A stretch of DNA of 33,539 bases from Rhodobiaceae bacterium (GTDB taxonomy: Bacteria; Pseudomonadota; Alphaproteobacteria; Micropepsales; Micropepsaceae), in NCBI GenBank assembly GCA_009885515.1, contig VFKO01000354.1, positions 1 through 33,539 on the forward strand, in the 5' to 3' direction. How positions within the stretch are numbered: position 1 is the first letter of the stretch; each line of letters opens with the position of its first letter. Positions 8,701 to 16,354 of the stretch are shown here, piece by piece. Both the position numbers and the translations under genes were made by a program. The notes under the pieces were generated by a model. That model did no database searches. It saw only the letters and a program-made list of their open reading frames with translations, and had not been told where the DNA came from.

Positions 8701-9458
8701 TGACAACCCTCATCAGCGACGCGCTCATTGCAGCCATCATCGCCCCCTTCATCGGCAGCTTTTTGAGCGTGCTGGTATTGCGGCTGCCAAAGGGCGAAGA
8801 CGTCATCGTCACGCGTTCGCGTTGCCGTAGTTGCGGCCACATCCTCGGTGCATGGGAACTCATCCCCATAGTCTCTTGGCTTGTTCAGGCCGGAAGGTGC
8901 CGCGCGTGTGGCAGCGCCGTCAGCCCAGTGTATCCGGGAATGGAAATTGCATCCATTGTCGTGGCGCTTTGGGCGGTTTCGACAGTCGATGCGGAAGTGC
9001 GTTGGATAACAGTGGCCCTGGGGTGGGTCTTGCTGGCTTTGGCAGTCATGGACGCGCGAGATTTTTTTCTGGCCGATGAGCTGACTTTGCCCTTGGTGCC
9101 GTTGGGTTTGGCTGTGTGTTGGCTGCTGTCCCCAGAGCAGATCTACCTTCATGTTTCTGGTGCCATTTTGGGACTGGCGAGCATGATCGCGTTAGCCTGG
9201 GGCTACAAAACAGTGAGAGGCCGCGACGGCTTGGGTTTGGGAGATGCCAAACTTTTTGCTGCAGCCGGCGCGTGGACAGGTTTAGAAGGGCTTGGCACAG
9301 TGCTGCTCTATGCGGTCTTGGTTAACCTTTTGATGTTGGCGGTCTCGCGTTCAAACGCTGGGGAACTCGGCGCCACCACGCCTGTTCCATTGGGCACGGG
9401 GCTTGCAGCTGGTATTTGGTTGACGTGGCTGTATGGCCCGCTTGTGCTGGCGTTTTGA
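8700..9458 (+). CDS. gspO: A24-family prepilin peptidase
   Basis: TAATG overlap with gspK. Zn-finger-like cysteines CRSCGH...CRACG. It has eight or so TM segments and the second catalytic Asp motif GLGDAKLFAAAGAWTG. Confidence 0.85.
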   Translation: MTTLISDALIAAIIAPFIGSFLSVLVLRLPKGEDVIVTRSRCRSCGHILGAWELIPIVSWLVQAGRCRACGSAVSPVYPGMEIASIVVALWAVSTVDAEVRWITVALGWVLLALAVMDARDFFLADELTLPLVPLGLAVCWLLSPEQIYLHVSGAILGLASMIALAWGYKTVRGRDGLGLGDAKLFAAAGAWTGLEGLGTVLLYAVLVNLLMLAVSRSNAGELGATTPVPLGTGLAAGIWLTWLYGPLVLAF

Positions 9459-9466
9459 AAGAGACA

Positions 9467-11188
9467 ATGGGCAAAGAAAGTGTGGCGCAATTGATGGCCG
9501 GAAGCTCTCGGGAAGATCGCTTCATCGATCACCTTGTGCGCGCGGGCAAACTCGACATTGAGGGCGCTACGCGGGCCCGCCGTGTTGTTGAGCACAGCCA
9601 TGTCAGTTTGACCAAGGTCTTGCTGGAGCTCGGTCTGGTTCCCGAACGCGAGCTCATCGCCGAGTTCGAAACTGGTCTGCGAATTCCCCTGGCAACGGCA
9701 GAAGAGTTTCCGTTGGAACCTGTTCTGGCCGATGCCGTGTCCGAGAGGTTTCTCAAAGAACACCACACAATTATTCTGGCGGCCGAAGGAGAGAGCGTCA
9801 CAGTTGCGACGTCCGATCCGCTGGATCCGTTCACGACGGAGGCTATAGCACTCGCCACCAGCAAGCGCGTCATCGTCAAGGCCGCAACCTCGTCGGACAT
9901 TGAACAAGCCCTGCGCAGAATATACGCCAGCTCCGAAGCCCAGGCACTCACCCCAATGGGTGCGGGCGGTGCAACGGAAGTATCCGAAGCCGATCTCGAG
10001 CGCCTGCGTGAAAGCGCCAGCGTGGCGCCTGTCATTCGCTTTGTCAACACGCTGATTTCCAGAGCTGTAGAAGCCGGCGCTTCAGACATTCACATAGAAC
10101 CGTTCGAACGCCGCCTGCGCATCCGGACACGCATCGACGGCGTTTTGAAAGAAGAAGAGCCCGCGGCAATCGAACTTGCGCCAGCCGTCGTCTCTCGCTT
10201 GAAAATCATGAGCGGGCTCAACATTGCCGAGCGCCGCTTGCCGCAAGACGGCGCGGTGAAACTGGCCGTGCGCGGCAAGGAAATAGACCTTCGCATCGCC
10301 ACCGCCCCCGTCGCGTACGGCGAATGCGCTGCCATACGCATTCTTGACAAATCATCGGTGCCCTTGGATTTCACTACGCTCGGCTTTGATGCAATTGCGC
10401 AAGACAACCTCGCGGCGCTCCTGGCGCGGCCCAACGGCATCGTGCTGGTCACCGGGCCGACAGGCAGCGGCAAGACCACCACGCTCTACGCGGCATTGAC
10501 GCGCCTCAACACGGTTGAGCGCAAAGTTCTGTCTGTCGAAGATCCGGTTGAATACAAAATTTCCGGCGTAAATCAGGTTCAAGTAAAGCCCGAAATTGGT
10601 CTGACATTCGCCAACGTCTTGAGATCGTTTTTGCGCCACGATCCTGACGTGATTTTGGTCGGTGAAATTCGTGACCCCGAAACCGCGCGCATCGCTGTCC
10701 AGGCATCGCTGACGGGGCATTTGGTTTTGTCGACTGTTCACACCAACAGTGCCGCCGCCGCGATTACCCGCCTTCTCGATATGAACGTCGAGGACTATTT
10801 GCTATCCTCGACCATTGCCGGAATTTTATCACAGCGTTTGGTTCGCGCGCTGTGCCAGCAATGCAAGGCGCCGGTCGAGATGCGGGCGGAATGGGCACAG
10901 GAAATGTTAAAAGTTGGCCTTGTTCCAACAGGAAAGCCAATTTTTCAAGCGCAAGGCTGCCCCGCCTGCAATGGCACTGGCTACCGAGGCCGCACCGTCA
11001 TTTCGGAATTGCTTGTGCCCGACGAGCGCCTGCGTCGCATGATTGTCGCGCGCGCAGGGGCGTCGCAACTCCATAGCGCGGCGGTAGAGCAGGGGATGGA
11101 AACACTGCGCCGCTGCGGCCTGCGAAAAGTACTGGACGGCACGACCTCAATCGAGGAAATTTCACGCGTCGCTCAGGAAGAGGAGTGA
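9467..11188 (+). CDS. gspE: GspE/PilB-family secretion ATPase with a T2SSE_N (MshEN-like) N-terminal domain
   Basis: Walker A GPTGSGKTTT, Walker B/Asp box DPDVILVGEIRD, His box LVLSTVHTN, and the tetracysteine CQQC...CPAC. The N-terminal 150 aa (FIDHLVRAGKLDIEG...LTKVLLELGLVPERELIAEFE) resembles the helical T2SSE_N repeat. ATG 9467 is chosen because it avoids overlapping gspO. Confidence 0.9.
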   Translation: MGKESVAQLMAGSSREDRFIDHLVRAGKLDIEGATRARRVVEHSHVSLTKVLLELGLVPERELIAEFETGLRIPLATAEEFPLEPVLADAVSERFLKEHHTIILAAEGESVTVATSDPLDPFTTEAIALATSKRVIVKAATSSDIEQALRRIYASSEAQALTPMGAGGATEVSEADLERLRESASVAPVIRFVNTLISRAVEAGASDIHIEPFERRLRIRTRIDGVLKEEEPAAIELAPAVVSRLKIMSGLNIAERRLPQDGAVKLAVRGKEIDLRIATAPVAYGECAAIRILDKSSVPLDFTTLGFDAIAQDNLAALLARPNGIVLVTGPTGSGKTTTLYAALTRLNTVERKVLSVEDPVEYKISGVNQVQVKPEIGLTFANVLRSFLRHDPDVILVGEIRDPETARIAVQASLTGHLVLSTVHTNSAAAAITRLLDMNVEDYLLSSTIAGILSQRLVRALCQQCKAPVEMRAEWAQEMLKVGLVPTGKPIFQAQGCPACNGTGYRGRTVISELLVPDERLRRMIVARAGASQLHSAAVEQGMETLRRCGLRKVLDGTTSIEEISRVAQEEE

Positions 11189-11191
11189 GCC

Positions 11192-11632
11192 ATGAACACC
11201 ATCACCAAAACGCAAAAGCGCCTGCGCCGCCAAGGCGGATATTCATTGCTGGAACTACTGGTCGTGCTCGCGATCCTGGGGCTGATCATTGCCATCGCAG
11301 CGCCGCGGGTCATCGGCTACTTCGAGGCTTCCAAGGCGAAGGCGGCAAAGATACAAATCGCCAACATTTCGACGGCCCTTGATCTCTACAAGCTCTCCAA
11401 CAACGCCTTCCCGACGGAACAGCAAGGCCTAAAGGCGCTCGTAGAAAAGCCCGACAGCGTCGCGACGTGGGACGGTCCATATCTCACGCGGGCCGACGGC
11501 ATCAACGATCCTTGGGGAAGGAATTACAATTACAAGGTTCCCGGTATTCATGGCGCCTTTGACGTAAGCTCGCTGGGTGCAGACGGAAAAGAAGGTGGAG
11601 TCGGCGAAAACCAGGATTTGGGTTCCTGGTGA
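11192..11632 (+). CDS. gspG: major pseudopilin GspG
   Basis: GAGGAG Shine-Dalgarno sequence. Prepilin motif RQGG|YSLLELLVVLAILGLIIAIAAPRV. It has the T2SS G signature DPWGRNYNYK and the Ca-loop-like segment SLGADGKEGGVGENQD. Confidence 0.9.
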   Translation: MNTITKTQKRLRRQGGYSLLELLVVLAILGLIIAIAAPRVIGYFEASKAKAAKIQIANISTALDLYKLSNNAFPTEQQGLKALVEKPDSVATWDGPYLTRADGINDPWGRNYNYKVPGIHGAFDVSSLGADGKEGGVGENQDLGSW

Positions 11633-11641
11633 TACGGGTAT

Positions 11642-12175
11642 TCACTTCTCTGCTTCCAATTGTTCGATCAAGGGCTCGATAGTCTCTTTCCAGACATAGG
11701 CATCGATAGGCCCGATCTGCTTGAATCGGATGCGACCCTGCCGGTCGATCACAAAGGTTTCAGGTGCGCCGGTGACGCCCAGGTCGATTGCAGTGCGTCC
11801 AGTGGCATCATCGCCGATCACGATATAGGGGTCCCCCAACTCCTCAAGCCAGGCTTTGAGCTCGCCGGGTTTATCCTTCCAGGCCAGGCCGTAAATTGCA
11901 ACGCGCTTGGTCTTCGTCAATTCAAGCAGCACCGGATGCTCTACACGGCACGCGATGCACCATGAAGCAAAGACATTCAACAGACTCACTTGACCTTTGA
12001 GCGCTTCGCTTTTGAAGGACGCGCCGCCGCCGACGGTTGGCAAATCAAATGCGGGCAAGGGCTTGTTGATCAATACCGAGGGAACGGTTCGCGGATCGAG
12101 CGATAACCCGATGGCAAAATACACCACCAACCCCAGCAGCAGCATCAACGGCACAACTGAAAGCCAGCGGTTCAT
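11642..12175 (-). CDS. ccmG: DsbE/CcmG-type periplasmic thiol:disulfide oxidoreductase
   Basis: N-terminal anchor MNRWLSVVPLMLLLGLVVYFAI, active site FASWCIACRVEHP, and the CcmG-typical GVTGAPETFVID. Its ATG overlaps the rlmE stop as ATGA. Confidence 0.8.
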   Translation of the reverse strand: MNRWLSVVPLMLLLGLVVYFAIGLSLDPRTVPSVLINKPLPAFDLPTVGGGASFKSEALKGQVSLLNVFASWCIACRVEHPVLLELTKTKRVAIYGLAWKDKPGELKAWLEELGDPYIVIGDDATGRTAIDLGVTGAPETFVIDRQGRIRFKQIGPIDAYVWKETIEPLIEQLEAEK

Positions 12176-12849
12176 GGCTTTCGAAAATCCATAGCGAGAA
12201 CATACATTTCAGCGGAGTCAGCGCGGCTGGCGGGTGGTTTGATGTGAACGACTTTTCCAAACTGGCGTTTCAGCGTTTCCAACAATGACCGCTCCGTGCC
12301 GCCGCGCAGGACCTTGCACAAAAACGTACCTCGCGGCTCAAGTACATCGATCGCAAACTCCAGCGCCGCCTCACACAAGGCCATGACCCGCATGTGATCG
12401 GTTTCCCTGTGTCCGGTTGCGGGTGACGCCATGTCGGACACGACGATATTTACCGGACCATTGAGGTTCTGCACTATGATGGCTGGCGCATCAGCTTGCA
12501 TGAAATCAAGCACGAGTAACACTGCGCCTTCAATCGGTTCAATGGCTTGAATATCAATCCCCAACACCGTGTTCGCACCAACTCTTTCTACCAGGATTTG
12601 CGTCCAGCCGCCGGGAGCCGACCCAAGATCCACCGCGCGAGCCCCGCGCTTCAAGAACCGGTGCTTGTCGTCCATCTCTTTGAGTTTGTAGGCGGCTCGC
12701 GAGCGATAACCCTGCGCTTTTGCCGCGCGAACATACGGATCGTTGATCTGGCGTTCGAGCCAGGTTTGCGAGGATTTCGTTCGTTGCTTTGCAGTGCGCA
12801 GGCGCACTTTCAGGGCGCGGGACGCCTGGGGTTTGTCGTCCCGGTTCAT
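12172..12849 (-). CDS. rlmE: 23S rRNA (uridine-2'-O)-methyltransferase RlmE/FtsJ
   Basis: Contains WLERQINDPYV, YRSRAAYKL, the SAM motif AVDLGSAPGGW, and VVSDMASPATGHRETDH. ATG 12849 overlaps the ppx stop as ATGA. The ORF extension to 13011 overlaps ppx and is not credible. Confidence 0.9.
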   Translation of the reverse strand: MNRDDKPQASRALKVRLRTAKQRTKSSQTWLERQINDPYVRAAKAQGYRSRAAYKLKEMDDKHRFLKRGARAVDLGSAPGGWTQILVERVGANTVLGIDIQAIEPIEGAVLLVLDFMQADAPAIIVQNLNGPVNIVVSDMASPATGHRETDHMRVMALCEAALEFAIDVLEPRGTFLCKVLRGGTERSLLETLKRQFGKVVHIKPPASRADSAEMYVLAMDFRKP

Positions 12850-14045
12850 GTTGCTGGCCCGCGATGTCGTGAGCGCCGTTTGCGCCGCTTGCCACCGCGG
12901 CGGCGGCGCTTTGCCTTGTGCTCTTTGTGGTCGCCAGCACCTTCCATAAGCGCCAGGAGCATGCCTTCCCTCAAGCCGCGATCCGCAACCCTTAACCGGG
13001 GAGGAGTCCACAACCGGAAGATTGACTCAAATATCGCAAGCCCAGGAATCACCAATTCTGCGCGATCGGCACCAATGCAAGAATGCGCCGCACGTTGGGC
13101 AAGCGACATGGATTTGAGTTGTTCGATGACCTTCAGAATATCGTCGCGCGCGATCCATGTTCCATCGACTTTGGATCGTTCATAACGTTCAAGCCCCAGA
13201 AATAATCCGGCAATTGTCGTCACGGTGCCCGAAGTCCCCAGCATGTGGAAGGACCCTGCAGGATGCTCGCCGGGCGGGACGGGATCTGGCAGGCCCATCA
13301 GGTGATGGGTAATCTCCGCCACCATTTCGCCATAGACACCAGGCTCATCAAGGCGCCCGGAAAACTTCTCTCCTAATGTAACGACACCCAACGGAATGGA
13401 GCCCCACCGCAAAATTCGCGGCCGGCGTTTTGGCTCGCGCAGATCAAGCCAGATCAGCTCGGTCGAGCCGCCACCGATATCGAAGACCAACGCTCCGTTG
13501 TCGGTGCGGTCAAGCAGCGGGGTAACACCGCGTGCCGCCAGCCGCGCCTCTTCCGCAGGCGGGATGATATCGAAGTGCAGCCCCGTTTCCTTGGCGACCC
13601 GCCGGATAAATTCAGGGCCATTCCTCGCCATCCGGCAGGCTTGCGTAGCAATCGCGCGCGCGCTCGTCACGCCGCGCTTTCGCATTTTGGCGGCGCAAAT
13701 TCGAATGGCATCGATCGCCCGGGTGATTGCCGCTTCGGAGAGTTCACCCGATTGCGCAAGTCCCTCGCCCAGCCTGACGGTTCGCGAAAATGAATCCAGC
13801 ACCCGGAAGCCTGAGGCTTCGGGCTTTGCTATCAACAACCGGCAATTATTTGTGCCGAGATCGAGCGCCGCATAAATGTGCCCCGGCCGTTCTTTGGGCC
13901 GCGAAACCTGAATTTCTCCCGCACCCGCGGAAGCATTGCCCGGTGGGCCATTCTGCTGCGCCCCACGCGAGACTATCGTCACGGGGCAATTCTCACTTGC
14001 TTTGCCTGGTTCGTTCCCGCCGCCCTTGTCAGGCGACTGCCGCAC
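12846..14045 (-). CDS. Ppx/GppA family phosphatase (exopolyphosphatase-like)
   Basis: ASKHA-fold motifs IYAALDLGTNNCRLLIAK, VFDIGGGSTEL and GTSGTVTT, with a basic C-terminal tail KAKRRRRGGKRRKRRSR. The GTG start at 14045 is the longest option and the exact start is uncertain. Confidence 0.85.
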   Translation of the reverse strand: MRQSPDKGGGNEPGKASENCPVTIVSRGAQQNGPPGNASAGAGEIQVSRPKERPGHIYAALDLGTNNCRLLIAKPEASGFRVLDSFSRTVRLGEGLAQSGELSEAAITRAIDAIRICAAKMRKRGVTSARAIATQACRMARNGPEFIRRVAKETGLHFDIIPPAEEARLAARGVTPLLDRTDNGALVFDIGGGSTELIWLDLREPKRRPRILRWGSIPLGVVTLGEKFSGRLDEPGVYGEMVAEITHHLMGLPDPVPPGEHPAGSFHMLGTSGTVTTIAGLFLGLERYERSKVDGTWIARDDILKVIEQLKSMSLAQRAAHSCIGADRAELVIPGLAIFESIFRLWTPPRLRVADRGLREGMLLALMEGAGDHKEHKAKRRRRGGKRRKRRSRHRGPAT

Positions 14046-14125
14046 ACAAGCGCTGATGTCAGTTCCCCCTGATCCTAGCCTCCGCAGCCCGAAAAAGCCA
14101 CCTCGGGCCCAATCCAGCAGGGCGA

Positions 14126-14290
14126 GTGTCCTGTTTCACCCCAAAAACCCCGTACTTCAGCCCCGAATTTCAGGACAAACAGGACACGAGACGCTGTCTC
14201 AGAACACTGTCCGCGCTGTCCTGTTCAGCCCGTAAGCGCTTGAGTGCGCTCGCGTTTTTCACCGCCATCAGGACAAACATCACGAGACAC
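14126..14290. repeat. two tandem units of about 90-98 bp with conserved ends (TGTCCTGTT ... CAGGACAAACA..CACGAGAC), holding a cluster of five GTCCTG/CAGGAC hexamers
   Basis: Unit ends: TGTCCTGTT at 14127 and 14217, and CAGGACAAACA at 14171 and 14269. A perfect 11-bp inverted repeat, GTGTCCTGTTT 14126-14136 / AAACAGGACAC 14177-14187, has a 40-nt spacer. The cluster lies 80-245 bp upstream of the ppx start. Confidence 0.7.
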
Positions 14291-14351
14291 CCATTCCGCA
14301 TCAATTCCAGCAGCATCGAAGACGCAATTCCGGGCACTCACCCGCAATAAG

Positions 14352-14448
14352 TTTTTCGCGCGGGCTCACGAGGCGGACCCCAACCCCCAAGGCCGCGCCA
14401 GTTTTTTTCACGATGTCAAGCACTAACAGGAACATATAACGAACAGTG
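14352..14448. repeat. direct repeat copy A (core 14352-14423)
   Basis: The 72-nt core matches 17317-17387 with 7 substitutions and a 1-nt gap, aligned by hand. Patchy similarity extends to 14448. Confidence 0.8.
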
Positions 14449-14478
14449 CGGCCCATGTCAACCCCCCTCCCTGGGAGC

Positions 14479-14511
14479 GCCGGCATCCTGCCGGCCCTTT
14501 CTTGTTCTTCC
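14479..14511 (+). terminator. orphan terminator-like hairpin (GCCGGCA-tcc-TGCCGGC followed by CCTTTCTTGTTCTTCC)
   Basis: A perfect 7-bp GC-rich stem with a 3-nt loop, followed by a 16-nt tract with 9 T. No plus-strand gene lies upstream for about 2.8 kb. It could end a small RNA or be a REP-like element. Confidence 0.25.
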
Positions 14512-14718
14512 TCTCCCCGTCACAAAGAGCAGGCTGGAAGCCGGCGTTCCCACGAAAGGCTCCCCGCAGCCGTACAGGGCCGCGCGCGAATGGCGCGAAA
14601 GTTTGGGAAAAGTTTGGGCTGGCGCCGAGCGTCGGAGCGTGCGCTCAGAATTCGCGGCGGAGCGCGAAGTTCCGGGCGGTTGACGAAGCGTGCTGGTAAG
14701 AGTCCCTGGTATTGTCGC

Positions 14719-14804
14719 CGAAATCGTGTCATATCATTCTAACGCGACAGGACCTTGCACCGGTAAGAGGCACCGGTCAATTAGGTATACCGTCCCCTTA
14801 ATTC
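14719..14804 (+). promoter_or_regulatory. left arm of the 86-nt inverted repeat; upstream/leader element of the FAD oxidase gene
   Basis: 72/86 identical to the reverse complement of 16838-16923. It ends 15 nt before ATG 14820. It contains the hairpins ACCGGT-N7-ACCGGT (14759-14777) and AATTAGG-N11-CTTAATT (14779-14803). Confidence 0.7.
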
Positions 14805-14819
14805 CAATAGGATCAGGCC

Positions 14820-16238
14820 ATGAAAGACGATGCACTGTCCGAGCTCAGATCCGCCCTTCGGGGGGAAATCATCACCCGCGCCGACGCGGCAGCGTTTGCC
14901 GCCGCGCGCTTCCGGGGATGGAATCGCGATCTGAACACGCGAACCAATCCACTGGGTTTTGTCATCGCCTCAGGTGTCCGGGATATCGTGACGACCGTAA
15001 ACTACTGTCGGTCGCACAACATTCCTGTCGCGGTGCGCGGAAAGGGTGCCCACTCACCCTACGGAATGGCCAATGACGCAATCGTGGTCGACCTCATGAG
15101 GATGACGGCGGTCCGCGTCGACCCTGACGAGAAGCTTGTTTTTGTACAGGCGGGCGCCGATGGAGGGGACGTCGATCACGAAACGGCCCTCCATAATCTC
15201 GTGTGCCTGACCGGCTCGGTCTCGCATACCGGATTTGCGGGTGTCGCGCTTGGCGGCGGCATTGGACACCTGAGCCGATGGCTGGGCGCGGTGGTTGATA
15301 GCATCCTCGGATACGAGATGGTCACCGCAACGGGAGAAGTTGTCCGCGTGGACGCAGCGAAGGATCCGGAACTTTTCTGGGGCATGCGCGGGAACGGCGC
15401 CAGCTTTGGAATCGTCACCGAATTTGTCCTGAAGCTGCGCGATATGCCGAACAACGGACTTATCCGTGGCGCTCCAATATTGTGGGGAGCGGACAAAGCA
15501 ACGGACGTGATGAGATCCTGGATGGACCGCATCGGCCGTCCCGGGCGCAAGAACACAGAAATATATCAGTTTGCGTTCATGCACTCGCCCGACGGCGATC
15601 CGGTCTGTGGAATAGTGCCTCTGATCGTTGGTGAGACCGAACGCACGGCGAAGGCCACGTGTGACGAGCTGGCGGCCTACGCGGGCGGGGCAGTAGTACG
15701 GCAGGACACTCAACTGCCCTATACGGCGCTTCAGGCGGCGCTGGACGACCGCTTCCCCTACGACGTGAACTACTGGGAAAAGGGAGTGTTCATCGACTGG
15801 GACCCGCGTGACCCAAACGCGGTGAACAGCATCGTGGACGCGGCGGTGAAGCAGTGGAGTGAAAGGCCCGACTTCGCCACGAAACTGTCGACGGTCCTGC
15901 TCTTTATGGAGGTCAACGGCGCGGTGGCAACGGGAGATACAGCCTCCACGTCGTTTGCCGCTCGGGGCGCGCGCCTCTGGTGCACGGCCATTATCAGTTG
16001 GCCGGATGACGATGCCTCAAAGCGCGCGGCCAGCAGGAAATGGTGTGGGTCCCTGGTCGAGAAGCTGAGTCCATTTCATGTGACCACCTATCTGAACAAC
16101 GCCATGCCGGAGAGCGAAGCTGAAATGCTCAGCGTCTTCCCTCGGGACACTATGAAGCGTCTGCGTGCTCTGAAGGAAAAGCACGATCCCAATAATTTGT
16201 TCAAAATGGGCGCGTGGCAGTATGAGGCCAACCTATAG
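14820..16238 (+). CDS. FAD-linked oxidase (PCMH-type FAD_binding_4 with a BBE-like C-terminus)
   Basis: 472 aa. RGKGAHSPYG resembles the R-x-G-G-H-S covalent-FAD region. The FAD-binding core includes GGGIGHLSRWLG. The C-terminal motif LRALKEKHDPNNLFKMGAW is berberine-bridge-like. Confidence 0.85.
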   Translation: MKDDALSELRSALRGEIITRADAAAFAAARFRGWNRDLNTRTNPLGFVIASGVRDIVTTVNYCRSHNIPVAVRGKGAHSPYGMANDAIVVDLMRMTAVRVDPDEKLVFVQAGADGGDVDHETALHNLVCLTGSVSHTGFAGVALGGGIGHLSRWLGAVVDSILGYEMVTATGEVVRVDAAKDPELFWGMRGNGASFGIVTEFVLKLRDMPNNGLIRGAPILWGADKATDVMRSWMDRIGRPGRKNTEIYQFAFMHSPDGDPVCGIVPLIVGETERTAKATCDELAAYAGGAVVRQDTQLPYTALQAALDDRFPYDVNYWEKGVFIDWDPRDPNAVNSIVDAAVKQWSERPDFATKLSTVLLFMEVNGAVATGDTASTSFAARGARLWCTAIISWPDDDASKRAASRKWCGSLVEKLSPFHVTTYLNNAMPESEAEMLSVFPRDTMKRLRALKEKHDPNNLFKMGAWQYEANL

Positions 16239-16354
16239 TCGGATCGTGAAGACGATCAGACCCGCCGGATCGTTTCAAGGGCGGCTTCCGACTTGGCGCG
16301 TTTTTCCAACGCCATTGATCTTCCCGCCGCCCCGGCTGATGCGCCAATCGCGTT

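Noticed and set aside
9308-10741. Minus-strand ORFs of 129-199 aa antisense to gspE (9308-9907, 9529-10089, 10090-10482, 10352-10741). Similar antisense ORFs occur in gspF, ppx, the FAD oxidase, the GGDEF-EAL gene, nupC and the MFS gene.
   Set aside because: They are Arg/Ala/Ser-rich shadow ORFs with no motifs or RBS, and every one lies fully inside a strongly supported gene on the other strand.
14126-14290. The tandem units considered as a CRISPR array or as Pho boxes.
   Set aside because: There are only two units, with unequal spacing (90 and 98 bp) and degenerate ends, and no cas genes, so this is not CRISPR. CTGTC words occur at 14194, 14207 and 14216, but the spacing is 13 and 9 bp rather than the 11-bp phasing of CTGTCAT-N4-CTGTCAT. 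A PhoB assignment is therefore not supported.
14414-14419. TTGACA on the minus strand inside both direct-repeat copies (14414-14419 and 17378-17383), considered as duplicated sigma-70 promoters.
   Set aside because: The sequence 16-18 nt downstream is GC-rich (GCGGCC) with no -10-like hexamer, so I cannot support a promoter call from sequence alone.
14046-14819. A tRNA, tmRNA or other known structured RNA gene in the 774-bp gap. The gaps at 16799-17141 and 20808-20970 were also checked.
   Set aside because: I could fold no GTTCGAATC/GTTCAAATC-type T-loop, CCA-adjacent acceptor stem or cloverleaf by eye. The ORFs in the gap (60-99 aa, both strands) are Arg/Pro/Ser-rich with no start context.
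16242-16273. Three GATCGT/ACGATC words after the FAD oxidase stop, which can form alternative hairpins and so might be a terminator or attenuator. The 7-bp hairpin at 20876-20902 between convergent genes was considered in the same way.
   Set aside because: The stems are only 6-7 bp with no following U-tract on either strand. They are plausible weak terminators but not strong enough to list as features.
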